Assembly: GCA_949451655.1 (NCBI GenBank)
Contig: CASTST010000001.1
Coordinates: 1,981-65,980, forward strand
Length of the DNA stretch: 64,000 nt
From: an uncultured Eubacteriales bacterium
GTDB taxonomy: Bacteria; Bacillota; Clostridia; Oscillospirales; CAG-272
Direction: 5' to 3'
In this document: piece by piece, positions 1-9,123 of the stretch
Numbering within the stretch: the stretch's first letter is position 1
Layout: each line of letters starts with the position of its first letter
The notes under the pieces: generated by a model
What the model was told of the DNA's origin: nothing
What the model saw: only the letters and a program-made list of their open reading frames with translations
Databases searched by the model: none
Position numbers and translations under genes: made by a program

Positions 1-1
1 C

Positions 2-811
2 ATTAACGGAGAATATGCAGGGATTTATACCTTGGGACAACAAGTGGAGGCAGGACAGGATCGGCTTTATATACAGGAGGACGCCGGAAACGTAAACACC
101 GGATTTTTACTGGAACTGGGCGTAAGCCGTGAAAGCGGACACCCTGTATTTTCCTCCTCTATATTGCGCAACATCGGCGTTTTGGAGCCTGCCAATGCGG
201 ACGAACAGACGCTGACTTATATTCAGAATTATATCAATGTAACGGACAACGCTGTAAAATTGATGGATCATTATGAAAATTATATAGACGTGCCATCGCT
301 CATTGACTGGTTTATTATGACAGAGCTTTCCTATAATGCAGACTCCTGTTTTCGGCGAAGCGTTTTCATGACCAAAGGGGCGGGACAGAAGCTGAAAATG
401 TCACAAGTTTGGGATTTTGATCTGGCATTTGGAAACAGTGTGGCAGACCAGCAGCGCTACGAGGAATGGGCGTGCTTGACGGATGATGGCGGATATGTGC
501 ATTATAACTGGATGTGTCAGCTGATGCGGGATGATGCATTTGTGGCACAGTTGCGGGAGCGGTGGAACCAGGTAAAAGATGAACTGCTGGAAACAGCAAT
601 GGCGTCACTGGAAAAAGGGTATCGCCTTACCGCGCCGTCAGCAGATGACAATTTTGCCCTGTGGGATATTTTGTTCGCACGGGTGGGAATGCAGCCGGAA
701 GCGGTTGTACTGTGCTACACCCACGAACGTCAGATTGAATATTTGAAAACATTTATTGAGACGCGCTGGAATTGGATAGATCAGGAGCTGAATGCTCCGG
801 CGGGGGCGTAA
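2..811 (+). CDS. CotH-family protein, C-terminal part (5' end lies upstream of the window)
   Basis: ORF 32..811 stays open back to base 2 in the same frame (INGEYAGIYTLGQQVE...). It carries the CotH-like motifs INGEYxGxY and WDFDLAFGN. Stop at 809-811. Confidence 0.7.
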   Translation: MNGEYAGIYTLGQQVEAGQDRLYIQEDAGNVNTGFLLELGVSRESGHPVFSSSILRNIGVLEPANADEQTLTYIQNYINVTDNAVKLMDHYENYIDVPSLIDWFIMTELSYNADSCFRRSVFMTKGAGQKLKMSQVWDFDLAFGNSVADQQRYEEWACLTDDGGYVHYNWMCQLMRDDAFVAQLRERWNQVKDELLETAMASLEKGYRLTAPSADDNFALWDILFARVGMQPEAVVLCYTHERQIEYLKTFIETRWNWIDQELNAPAGA

Positions 812-845
812 GCACATACGGATAAGGCTGCACGAACTTTATTGG

Positions 846-1539
846 GTTCCCCAGCAAAGGGAGCCTTCCCCAACTTTATATGCCTCCCCTGTGCTGGAGC
901 CGCGTAGCGGATCCTAGGGTGGTGGCGCAGCAAACTACTCTTATCTCAGCGCCCCCTTTGTGCAAGAGGTGGTGGCGCAGCAAACTACTCTTATCTCAGC
1001 GCCCCCTTGTGCAAAGGGGGGTGGCTCGCTGTAAGCGAGTCGGGGGGATTGTCTGTATATACTGCCGATTTGTAGTTTCTGCAAAATGATAGAATTACAA
1101 TCCCTCACCCGCTATCGCGGGAGCTCCCTTTGCACAAGGGAGCCTTTTTTTAAATTGGGAGTGCTACATGACAGCTCCCTTTTGCTGGGGGAACCTTTTT
1201 GTTTGTGCTATACGGAAGTTCCCTTTGCTGGGGGAGAGCCTACAATCAAGCTCTAAGCCTCCTTTGTGTCGGAGCCGCGTAGCGGATCCTAAGGTGGTGG
1301 CACAGCGTAAGCTGTGACGGAGGAATTGTCTCGCACATATCGCCGATTTGTAGTTCCTGCAAAATGATAGAATTACAATCCCTCAGTCATGCCGCTGGCA
1401 CGACAGCTCCCTTTACACAAGGGAGCCTTTTTAATGGGGGGCGCTATCGCGGGAGCTCCCCTGCTGGGGGAGGCTTTTTACATTGGGAGTGCTATTGCGG
1501 GATGCCCCTTTGCCGGGGAGCCTACAATCAAACTCTAAG
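846..1539 (+). repeat. Mosaic hairpin-repeat array R1 (2 full units)
   Basis: Cores GGGATTGT-N~45-ACAATCCC at 1045-1104 and 1322-1382, both in F orientation (CTGCCGATTTGTAG...AAAATGATAG). Each is flanked by G/C hairpins with TTGTGCAAA / TTTGCACAA loops. CCCCAGCAAAGGGG-type and GGAGCCGCGTAGCGGATCC-type hairpin modules fill the rest. Confidence 0.9.
918..1017 (+). repeat. 50-bp tandem duplication inside array R1
   Basis: GGTGGTGGCGCAGCAAACTACTCTTATCTCAGCGCCCCC..TTGTGCAA occurs twice head to tail (918-967 and 968-1017), differing only by small indels at the hairpin end. Confidence 0.85.
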
Positions 1540-1560
1540 TATCTTTCTCTAAGTATATTT

Positions 1561-1590
1561 AAAAAGACTCCCGCGGGGGAGTCTTTTTTT
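1561..1590. terminator. Bidirectional intrinsic terminator between the CotH gene and the HEPN/CBS gene
   Basis: AAAAAGACTCCC-GCGG-GGGAGTCTTTTTTT: a 7-bp G/C stem (1566-1583) with an A-run upstream and a T-run downstream. It sits 11 nt from the stop of the minus-strand gene. Confidence 0.8.
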
Positions 1591-1601
1591 CTATTTACTT
1601 T

Positions 1602-2294
1602 CTACTTTTCCGCACGCAATACGTCCCACGGGGTTATCATCCCCATAATAGGGCTTTTTTCATTTCCGCCGACTGTGACAAACACTGCTGCAACCCGTCT
1701 GCTGCCAGCATCCCTCTTTTGAAACAGTTTTTTTATCTCATAGCAGGATGCGTCCTGATCCACAAAATAAAACTTCTCCATAACATGCCGCTGCGGCGGA
1801 AGCACTGCTTCCATATCCCGCACCCGCAGTCCTGCCACCGGCTGATCCGGTCTGCTTCTGGTGTGTGCAAACAAGGATCCCACACTGAATACACCAGTTA
1901 GCCGCCGTTTTTCATCCACCACTGGAATATGAGAAAATCCGCGCTGCTCCATTTCCTCCAGCAAATCTGTCACAAGTTCGCCCCCGTCGGCACAATACAA
2001 CTGATCCGTAAGCGTTGCAATTGACAGCGCTGCCGGCGGATGTTTTGCATATTCTAATATTTCTTCTAAAATCCTGATGCTCGGTTCCGACGGCTGCATC
2101 GGCGCCTGCTGCTCAATCTTTCCGTGATGGGACAAAAGATTGCGCATTTCCCGAAACAAGTTCAGCTCCTCCTGCCACCGTGCTCCTTCCCTTGCGCCAA
2201 AATGTTGTATCGCGCCGGATCGTGTCTGATATTTTACGCCAAGAACCTCTTCCAAATCCCTGTACAGATTCAAAAATCGTTCGCTGTTGTCCAT
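1602..2294 (-). CDS. CBS-pair protein with an N-terminal HEPN-like domain
   Basis: ORF 1602..2306. The C-terminal half has CBS-type sequence (GFSHIPVVDEKRRLTGVFS...ITPWDVL). The N-terminal part has FREMRNLLSHH, an R-x4-H HEPN-type motif. ATG at 2294 is preferred over GTG at 2306 because of RBS spacing, but the start is uncertain. Confidence 0.75.
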   Translation of the reverse strand: MDNSERFLNLYRDLEEVLGVKYQTRSGAIQHFGAREGARWQEELNLFREMRNLLSHHGKIEQQAPMQPSEPSIRILEEILEYAKHPPAALSIATLTDQLYCADGGELVTDLLEEMEQRGFSHIPVVDEKRRLTGVFSVGSLFAHTRSRPDQPVAGLRVRDMEAVLPPQRHVMEKFYFVDQDASCYEIKKLFQKRDAGSRRVAAVFVTVGGNEKSPIMGMITPWDVLRAEK

Positions 2295-2587
2295 CCCTAT
2301 GACCACGCCTTTCTCTGCATTTGCAAACCGCAGTTTTCCGCTCTTCTACTCAATTTTAACACTTTCATGTCGATTTTGTAAAGAGCGATTTTTTTAAATT
2401 TACATTTCTAATTAAATATTGTTATCCGGTACCTCATTTGCAATACGAAAATTGCCGTTATATTCGTAAAAAGTGCATCAAACACTATAAATTGTAGTTT
2501 TGTGCAATTGTACAGTGTAATCTATACAATATGTAGATTTTCTGTTACTTTGTCAAACGTTGACGCTTTCATTCGTTAAAATTTAGG

Positions 2588-2620
2588 AAATCCCCTAAAA
2601 CCAAGATTTTTAGGGGATTT
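2588..2620. terminator. Orphan terminator-like hairpin in an AT-rich spacer
   Basis: AAATCCCCTAAAA-CCAAGA-TTTTAGGGGATTT, a perfect 13-bp stem. It is not adjacent to any ORF end. Confidence 0.3.
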
Positions 2621-2709
2621 TACCACGTCGCATCATGTCGAATGTTGTAGTAAAAGTTATAATTTTTGCGAAAAAATCCATTTCGTCTTAATCTTCAAAT
2701 TCGAACACT

Positions 2710-2718
2710 TGTTATAAT
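2710..2718 (+). promoter_or_regulatory. Extended -10 promoter element (TGtTATAAT) upstream of the 2750 ORF
   Basis: TGTTATAAT at 2710-2718 matches TGnTATAAT and lies about 30 nt upstream of the ATG at 2750. No good -35 element. Confidence 0.45.
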
Positions 2719-2749
2719 TTTGACAAATCTTATGAAAGGACGGTCAGAT

Positions 2750-3061
2750 ATGACACAAACACTGTTAAAAAATCAGCAGCAAGGAATTATACGTACGACA
2801 ACGAAGCGAGTCGCAGGAGATATTATTCTCCTATACCATCTGACCGAAGATCCTCTTCCGCCGAACCCGTTCAGCCACACTGCAAAGTATTCACTGAATG
2901 TTACAAAAGTTGACTGTGGCGGCACCAGAAAAGAGGAATGCCACCTGCCGGATATCACCAGAAACCACGCAGAGGCTGAACAGATCTTCGATATCATCAG
3001 CAGAGGCATGGTAACGCCATGTGCTGTGCATGATGTAGTCAGCGATTTGTTCGCTCTATAA
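2750..3061 (+). CDS. Hypothetical small protein (103 aa)
   Basis: Inner ATG of ORF 2666..3061, preceded by AAAGGA 8-9 nt upstream. No family recognised with confidence. Confidence 0.55.
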   Translation: MTQTLLKNQQQGIIRTTTKRVAGDIILLYHLTEDPLPPNPFSHTAKYSLNVTKVDCGGTRKEECHLPDITRNHAEAEQIFDIISRGMVTPCAVHDVVSDLFAL

Positions 3062-3091
3062 ATGAAAATGCCTTCCAATCCAAATAATGCA

Positions 3092-3122
3092 AACAGCACC
3101 GGTAAAAATACCGGTGCTGTTT
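3092..3122. terminator. Terminator-like hairpin between convergent genes
   Basis: AACAGCACCGG-TAAAAATA-CCGGTGCTGTT, an 11-bp perfect stem between the 2750..3061 gene (+) and sfsA (-). The U-tracts are weak. Confidence 0.5.
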
Positions 3123-3198
3123 GCTGTGAAAAAGTCAATATAATTATTTCATTTATCTCAATTATTTTATAATATATCAGCCGCAGAATGCTGTCGAA

Positions 3199-3870
3199 TT
3201 ATAGTCGAATTTCCACAGGTTTGTTAATTTTCATTGAATTTTCTGTAACATGGCAATCCATCGCCAAAAGCTCCACACCTGCATCCGCCGCCTCTGCCAG
3301 TGTATCTGCAAAATCCGGATCCATACGCCGATTCGGTGTGAAATAAACTACTCCTTCCATCTGAACCACAAAAAGAACACATGCTCTGTGTCCCTCCCGC
3401 GCAAGGCGGGTCAGGGTATGCAAATGCTTTGTTCCCCGCTGGGTAGGCGCGTCCGGAAACAGGACAACACCGTTTTCCTCCAGTGTTACCCCTTTCACTT
3501 CCAAGTATACGCATTCATCCCCTGTTTTTATGAAAAAGTCCAGACGAGATGTGCCGATTTTATATTCCGGATGAATTTCGGCACCGGGAAAAAGGATCGG
3601 TAAAAATGCAGCGGCAGCAGCATTTGGCGCTTGGGAGTCTATATTGATTAGTCTGCCTGCTTTTTCCACCGCAATCAGATCCCATGCTGTTTTCCGGGCC
3701 GGATTCTCTGCGGCGCAAAGCACAACGGATGCACCAGGGATCAATAGTTCCCGGCACCGTCCCGTATTTTTCACATGGCACACAAGCTGTTCGCCTGAAA
3801 CCTCCACATGGGCAATAAACCGATTGGGGCGGTCAATAAAACGACCGCGGACTGTTTTTTTGTATTCCAT
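3199..3870 (-). CDS. sfsA: Sugar fermentation stimulation protein SfsA
   Basis: 223-aa ORF. The N-terminus GRFIDRPNRFIAHVEVSGEQLVCHVKNTGRCRELL is typical of SfsA. Confidence 0.9.
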   Translation of the reverse strand: MEYKKTVRGRFIDRPNRFIAHVEVSGEQLVCHVKNTGRCRELLIPGASVVLCAAENPARKTAWDLIAVEKAGRLINIDSQAPNAAAAAFLPILFPGAEIHPEYKIGTSRLDFFIKTGDECVYLEVKGVTLEENGVVLFPDAPTQRGTKHLHTLTRLAREGHRACVLFVVQMEGVVYFTPNRRMDPDFADTLAEAADAGVELLAMDCHVTENSMKINKPVEIRL

Positions 3871-3930
3871 AGGAATTCCTCCCGTATTACAAGGAGATAT
3901 GCAAATTTTGTAATCTGCTTTAAAATTTAA

Positions 3931-4335
3931 GTTCCCATGTGAGCCTTTCCACCAGCTTTATATGCCCCCTTTGTGCTGGGGCCGTGCAGCGGATCCTAAG
4001 GTGGTGGCATGGCGCACTTCTCTACATCAACGCCTCCCAGTGAAGGAGTTTGCTACGCAAACTCCCGGGGAGGTGGCGCAGCACTTCATCTCCTTGTAAA
4101 GCCCCCCATGTGAGGACCTGCTGCGCAGTTCCGAGGGGTGCCGATATAATCGGCGGGGGGATTGTAAAACTGCCCGATTTGATGATCCTGCGAAATGATC
4201 GTATAAACAATCCCTCAGTCACAGCAAAGCTGTGACAGCTCCCTTTACACAAGGGAGCCTTTCCACCAGCTTTTTTCAACGCCCCCCTTGTGCAAAGGGG
4301 GGTGGCTCGCTGTAAGCGAGTCGGGGGGATTGTCT
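3931..4335 (+). repeat. Mosaic hairpin-repeat array R2 (1 full unit plus 1 half unit)
   Basis: Core at 4158-4214 (F, the GATCCTGCGAAATGATCGTATAA subtype). A left arm alone sits at 4281-4335 and ends right after GGGATTGTCT, 18 nt from the ygiQ stop. Confidence 0.9.
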
Positions 4336-4353
4336 AAAAGCGTGCTTCTTCTC

Positions 4354-6300
4354 CTATTTTCTTTTACCGCGGCGGCTACGCCCACCTTTGTTAACAGGAA
4401 ATTTTTTATTTGAAGCGCCCGCCTGCGAACGATTGTTAGACCTATCAGACTGGTTCTTAATTTTCTGGGTCTTCTGATTTCCTCCGGATTCTTTTCTGCT
4501 CCGGCTGGGACGAATCAGACAATCCGGACCGTATCCGATCAAATCCTCCCGCCCGCACCGGTGCAGGGCTTCCATCACCAGCCGGCGGTTTTCCGGTTTC
4601 CAATATTGCAGCAACGCCCGCTGCATCTGTTTTTCCTTATAATCTGTGGCAGTATACACTTTTTTGCCGGTTAGCGGATCCATTCCCGTATAATACATGA
4701 CCGTGGAAGCTGTGCCGGGAGTGGGATAAAAATCCTGCACCTGTTCGGGAGACAGTCCGATTCGTTTGATATACAGTGCCAATTCCACTGCATCGGACAA
4801 TCGGCTGCCCGGATGGCTGGACATAAGATAAGGTACCAGATACTGTTCCTTCCCCACCTGCTTCGTCAGCCGGAAAAACTTCTCCCGGAACCGGTCATAT
4901 ACACTGATATCCGGTTTTCCCATGCATCCCAGCACATGGGAAGTGCAGTGCTCCGGTGCAACCTTCAGCTGCCCGCTCACATGATCCTGCACAAGCTTTT
5001 TAAAGAAGGCATCGCTGCTGTCCTGCAGCATATAATCAAACCGGATTCCGCTGCGGATGAATACCTTTTTCACGCCGGGCACTGCCTCCACTGTCCGGAG
5101 CAGTTCTATGTACTCACCGTGATCCGCGTTCAGATGCTTACAAGGGGTTGGCACCAGACATCGCTTTCCCTGGCAAACGCCCCTTTCCAGCTGTTGCTTG
5201 CAGGCAGGATGGCGGAAATTCGCCGTGGGACCGCCAACATCATGAATATATCCCTTAAAATCCGGCATAGCTGCAATCAGCTCCGCTTCCCGGCGGACGC
5301 TTTCGATGCTTCTGCTGCGCACACTGCGTCCCTGATGAAAGGCAAGGGCGCAGAAATTACACCCGCCGAAGCAACCACGGTTATGGGTAATGGAAAATTT
5401 CACTTCGGAAATGGCAGGAACACCGCCGTCTTTGTCATACATAGGATGGACGGCACGCATGTAGGGCAATGCATACACCCGGTCCAGTTCCTCCTGCTCC
5501 AACGGGGGCATAGGGGGATTCTGCACCAGCATCCGATCCCCATAATATTCGGTTATAGCCTTGCCGCTGATGGCATCATTATTTTTATACTGAACAGCAA
5601 AAGCTTTCGCGTAGGCGGTCTTGTCCGTTTTCAGCAGATCATAATCAAAGGTTTCTTCCACTTTCGGATAATGGATTTCCTCATCCGCTTTACATAAATA
5701 TGCCGTGCCGCGCACGTCCCGGATTTTCTTTACCGGCACACCTTTATCCAACAGTTGGGCGATACGCAGTATAGATTTTTCTCCCATGCCGTAGGACAAA
5801 ATATCCGCCCGGCTGTCCACCAAAATACTGCGCCGCATCGCATTGCTCCAATAATCGTAATGGGCAAACCGACGCAGGGATGCTTCCAGTCCGCCGATAA
5901 TGATGGGCACATCACCGTATGCCTCCCGGATTCGGTTGCAGTAAACAATTACCGCCCGATCCGGCCGCATTCCTGCTTTTCCGCCGGGAGAATAATAATC
6001 ATATGTACGCTTTTTCTTAGAGACAGTATAGTGACTCACCATAGAATCAATGTTTCCGCTGGACACCAAAAATCCCAGACGGGGTTTGCCGAAGGTTTTC
6101 ATTGTCTGGCAGCTCTTATAATCAGGTTGAGGTAGCATTGCCACCACAAAGCCAGCGTCCTCCAGAACCCGGCTGATGATTGCGGCACCAAAAGATGGAT
6201 GATCCACATATGCATCTCCGCACACATACACAAAATCGGGCACATCCCGACCGGTATCATGCACCTCTTCCGGCGTTACCGGCAAAAATTTCATCTCCAT
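4354..6300 (-). CDS. ygiQ: YgiQ-family radical SAM protein (UPF0313)
   Basis: 648-aa ORF with an N-terminus typical of YgiQ ([26 protein letters not shown]) and a CxxxCxxC-type radical SAM cluster region (GCFGGCNFC). It ends in a Lys/Arg-rich tail. Confidence 0.9.
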   Translation of the reverse strand: MEMKFLPVTPEEVHDTGRDVPDFVYVCGDAYVDHPSFGAAIISRVLEDAGFVVAMLPQPDYKSCQTMKTFGKPRLGFLVSSGNIDSMVSHYTVSKKKRTYDYYSPGGKAGMRPDRAVIVYCNRIREAYGDVPIIIGGLEASLRRFAHYDYWSNAMRRSILVDSRADILSYGMGEKSILRIAQLLDKGVPVKKIRDVRGTAYLCKADEEIHYPKVEETFDYDLLKTDKTAYAKAFAVQYKNNDAISGKAITEYYGDRMLVQNPPMPPLEQEELDRVYALPYMRAVHPMYDKDGGVPAISEVKFSITHNRGCFGGCNFCALAFHQGRSVRSRSIESVRREAELIAAMPDFKGYIHDVGGPTANFRHPACKQQLERGVCQGKRCLVPTPCKHLNADHGEYIELLRTVEAVPGVKKVFIRSGIRFDYMLQDSSDAFFKKLVQDHVSGQLKVAPEHCTSHVLGCMGKPDISVYDRFREKFFRLTKQVGKEQYLVPYLMSSHPGSRLSDAVELALYIKRIGLSPEQVQDFYPTPGTASTVMYYTGMDPLTGKKVYTATDYKEKQMQRALLQYWKPENRRLVMEALHRCGREDLIGYGPDCLIRPSRSRKESGGNQKTQKIKNQSDRSNNRSQAGASNKKFPVNKGGRSRRGKRK

Positions 6301-6350
6301 TATGATGATCCTGCCTTTCTGTGGTTTGTATCATGGATTAAAAGAGAGAG

Positions 6351-6597
6351 CGGAGCAGCATTCCAAACTTAAGCCGCCTTTGTGCAAAAGGAGGTGGCGC
6401 GGCGTTAGCCGTGACGGAGGAATTGTCTGCATATACTGCCGATTTATAGATCCTGCAAAATGATTGTAGGACAATCCCTCAGTCACAGCAAAGCTGTGAC
6501 AGCCCCCTTTGCACAAGGGGGCCTTTTAACGTAGGTATATGCTTCGCGGAGCGAGCCCCCTATGGAACCGCGTAGCGAATCCTCACACATGGGAGCC
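6351..6597 (+). repeat. Mosaic hairpin-repeat array R3 (1 unit)
   Basis: Core at 6419-6478 (F). Arms are CCTTTGTGCAAAAGG, GGCGCGGC-GTTA-GCCGTGAC, GTCACAGC-AAA-GCTGTGAC and CCCCCTTTGCACAAGGGGG, followed by a GGAACCGCGTAGCGAATCC module. Confidence 0.9.
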
Positions 6598-6613
6598 TGA
6601 CAAAGCAGGCATC

Positions 6614-7042
6614 TCACTGGCAGTCCTCACATTCTTTATCCCGCTGCCGGTCAAACACGAGCACCCGACTGACAACATAGTTTAAAATTGTCACAATTAC
6701 AAGTACCGGCAGGCGCACGATGTTTTTATTCCAATGGGCAACTTCTACAAGCAGAGTGAGACAAACGGTCTGCACACCAAATGAAAGCAATCGCCCGGAA
6801 ATGAATTTAATCATTTCAAGCAGCATCGCATACCCACGTGCATGACTTGCAAACACATACCGCTTATTGGTGAAATAAGCAAACAAAACTGCTGCCACCC
6901 AGCTTATCGTCTGCGCTACCAGATAATGAACGGAAAACAAATTGCATAGAATATAATATACAATCAAATCTACGACAGTTGTCAGCCCGCCGAACAACGT
7001 ATATAACAAAAGATGCTGATATTTCAATAAAAGCCGTTTCAT
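6614..7042 (-). CDS. GtrA-family membrane protein
   Basis: Inner ATG (MKRLLLKYQ...) of ORF 6614..7114, with AAGGAG upstream. The longer ORF start runs into repeat array R4. GtrA-like sequence (FGGLTTVVDLIVYYIL...YFTNKRYVF). Confidence 0.8.
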   Translation of the reverse strand: MKRLLLKYQHLLLYTLFGGLTTVVDLIVYYILCNLFSVHYLVAQTISWVAAVLFAYFTNKRYVFASHARGYAMLLEMIKFISGRLLSFGVQTVCLTLLVEVAHWNKNIVRLPVLVIVTILNYVVSRVLVFDRQRDKECEDCQ

Positions 7043-7076
7043 TAAACGATTTCCGCTCCTTTTTAATTCAGTCTGT

Positions 7077-7392
7077 AAGCCTCCTCCCAGCAAAAGGGGG
7101 ACGGCACGCAGCACAGTCTATAAGCCTCCCATGTGAGGACCTGCTGCGCAGTTCCGAGGTGGTGCCGATACAAGCACCCACTCTAAGCCCCCCTTGTGCA
7201 AAGGGGGGTGCCGATGCAATCGGCGGGGGGATTGTCTGCACATACTACCGATTTGCTGATCCTGCAAAATGATCGTATAAACAATCCCCCAGTCTCCGCT
7301 GCGCGAAGCCAGCCCCCTATGGAGCCACGCAGTGGATCCTCACACGGGGGCCTTTTAACGTGGGTATATGCTTCGCAACAACCCCATAGGGA
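7077..7392 (+). repeat. Mosaic hairpin-repeat array R4 (1 unit)
   Basis: Core at 7228-7288 (F). The left arm is GCCGAT-GCA-ATCGGC plus GGGGGGATTGT. Flanking GAGGACCTGCTGCGCAGTTCCGAGG and GGAGCCACGCAGTGGATCC modules. Confidence 0.9.
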
Positions 7393-7436
7393 GTCAAAAC
7401 AATCTTCCCCTATATTTTGCACGGTACTGCACAGAT

Positions 7437-8030
7437 TTATCCTTCCGGCAGATTTTCCACCACCGTCTGATACTCTTCCCGGCTCATAAGAAGATTGAGC
7501 GCCGCAAGCAACGCCTTCGGTGTCATATCTCTGGGGAGGGACAGCGCACTGCACAGCAAATTTCTGCGCGCCGTGCTTCCTTCTGTTCCCGTCAGCCTAT
7601 CTGCAAAAAAATCTGCTTTGGTAATCGGATCCCGCTTTTTTTGCAGGACAGCATGCCGATCTGCAAATTTTTCAAATAATTCCCGCAGCAGCGCCGCATC
7701 CATCCCTTCTACGCCAAGCGTGCCCGCTTTGGACGGGGATTTTTTCCGTTTTTCTTTCCCGGCAATTTGCGGTATATATAAATTGTATATCTTATCCGGT
7801 TCTACAAAAGATTGAATATGGGAGCGAATCACCCCGCCCGCACCGTCACTGTCTGTTAAAATAATAATTCCGTTTTTGGACAGAGTGCGCAGCAGCGCCC
7901 GTTTTTCCCGGTTGTTGAATACACCAAATCCTTCCGTTGTAAGGATCGTCGCATCAATAACGGAGGATAGCTTGATCTGGTCGTATTTTCCCTCTACCAC
8001 TACCGGTATGGAAATCGGAATTTTATGCAC
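7437..8030 (-). CDS. Toprim-domain protein, RNase M5-like
   Basis: GTG at 8030 overlaps the holA stop (GTGCATAA) and has AGGGGG upstream. Toprim-type sequence VVVEGKYD...IIILTDSDGAGGVIRSHI. The longer ORF (to 8153) overlaps holA by 130 nt. Confidence 0.7.
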   Translation of the reverse strand: MHKIPISIPVVVEGKYDQIKLSSVIDATILTTEGFGVFNNREKRALLRTLSKNGIIILTDSDGAGGVIRSHIQSFVEPDKIYNLYIPQIAGKEKRKKSPSKAGTLGVEGMDAALLRELFEKFADRHAVLQKKRDPITKADFFADRLTGTEGSTARRNLLCSALSLPRDMTPKALLAALNLLMSREEYQTVVENLPEG

Positions 8031-9078
8031 GGCGCGCACCCCCTGCTTTCTTTGCCGGGATTGTGCAAATGACCCGTTCCAAAGCAATATAATCCAGCCT
8101 TGTGCTTTTGAGAAGCACATCTGCTTCTCTGCACCGCCCTGCGGCGGCAGCAAGCCGTGCAGGTTCCATTCCCCGCACAGCGGAAAGATACAATCCCGCC
8201 CGATAGGTGTGCATTTTGAGTGCAGACGCTACGCCCGCCTGATCGTATCCTGCTGCGGCAAGGCGGCTGACCGTCAGCATATCGCAAATGGCTTTTGATA
8301 CGGATGCCAGTGCAGCAACAGCGCTGATCTGATTTTTCTTATAATAAGAGAGAACGGACAGCGCCCGCCCACGATCTCCTGCTAAAACTGCATTGGCAAG
8401 GGCAAAAGCGTCCTCCTCCTGGACAGCGCAAGTGACAGATTGGATGTGAGACGGTTTCAATGCACAGATCCCGTTTGCCTGTGCATATGCAGCAAGCTTG
8501 TCCAATTCTCCGGACAAAATATACATATCCTTGCCGCATCGCTGGAGCATGGCATCGGCGGCCTGCTCCGTCATGGAAACGCCGGAACGTTCCAGTCGGC
8601 GTGCCATCCATTTTTTCAGTTCTCCCGGAGGATATGCCGCCATATTCACCATGGTGCAAACTGTTTCCAATTTTTTATATAGGGGAGATGGCTTTCCCCG
8701 TTCCGGCTTACCCGGATCAAAACCGCCGGCAGGGGGAGTGAGCAAGCACACGGTGCTGCTTTGATCCACCTTTGCAAGAATTTCCATAAGCTGCTTTTGC
8801 CCCGGTGCACCGAGAGTGTTCAGATTTGCCATATACTGAATGAACACCCTGTCCCCCATTACAGGAACTGCCAGTACAGCCTCCTGCAAATCGTCCAGAT
8901 CGGGGGCATCTGCGCCCATAGTATACATGTTGAAAGCGGCAAGGGTTGCATCGTCTGACAAAGTAAGTGTTTGGGCACGTCCGGCATAAAACCGCTTTAA
9001 ATAATCTTCTTCTCCATAAAGAAGATACGTACCGGCAAGTCCGTTTTTCATTTCACGCCGGAATGCTGCTTCCGTCAT
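8023..9078 (-). CDS. holA: DNA polymerase III subunit delta
   Basis: Inner ATG (MTEAAFRREMKNGLAGTYLLYGEEDYL...) preceded by AAAGGAGG. HolA-like over its whole length. Confidence 0.85.
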   Translation of the reverse strand: MTEAAFRREMKNGLAGTYLLYGEEDYLKRFYAGRAQTLTLSDDATLAAFNMYTMGADAPDLDDLQEAVLAVPVMGDRVFIQYMANLNTLGAPGQKQLMEILAKVDQSSTVCLLTPPAGGFDPGKPERGKPSPLYKKLETVCTMVNMAAYPPGELKKWMARRLERSGVSMTEQAADAMLQRCGKDMYILSGELDKLAAYAQANGICALKPSHIQSVTCAVQEEDAFALANAVLAGDRGRALSVLSYYKKNQISAVAALASVSKAICDMLTVSRLAAAGYDQAGVASALKMHTYRAGLYLSAVRGMEPARLAAAAGRCREADVLLKSTRLDYIALERVICTIPAKKAGGARRA

Positions 9079-9123
9079 GGTACCGCCTCCTTTCTGATTT
9101 AGATGAAATCGTTCGCAGTGCAT

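Noticed and set aside
1061-1076. REP/RAYT analogy: the core contains GTAG (CGATTTGTAG), reminiscent of the conserved GTAG next to E. coli REP hairpins.
   Set aside because: The tetranucleotide varies among copies (GTAG, ATAG, GAAG, GCAG, GATG and others). No RAYT-like gene is present here. It is kept only as a hypothesis to test genome-wide.
7043-7114. N-terminal extensions offered by the ORF track: gtrA to 7114, holA to 9123, membrane protein to 53293, parA to 57027, rbfA to 47569, truB to 46119, dnaN to 42569, rny from 31741 and cimA from 27756.
   Set aside because: Inner starts have proper Shine-Dalgarno sequences and match the family N-termini. The extensions run into repeat arrays or overlap upstream genes.
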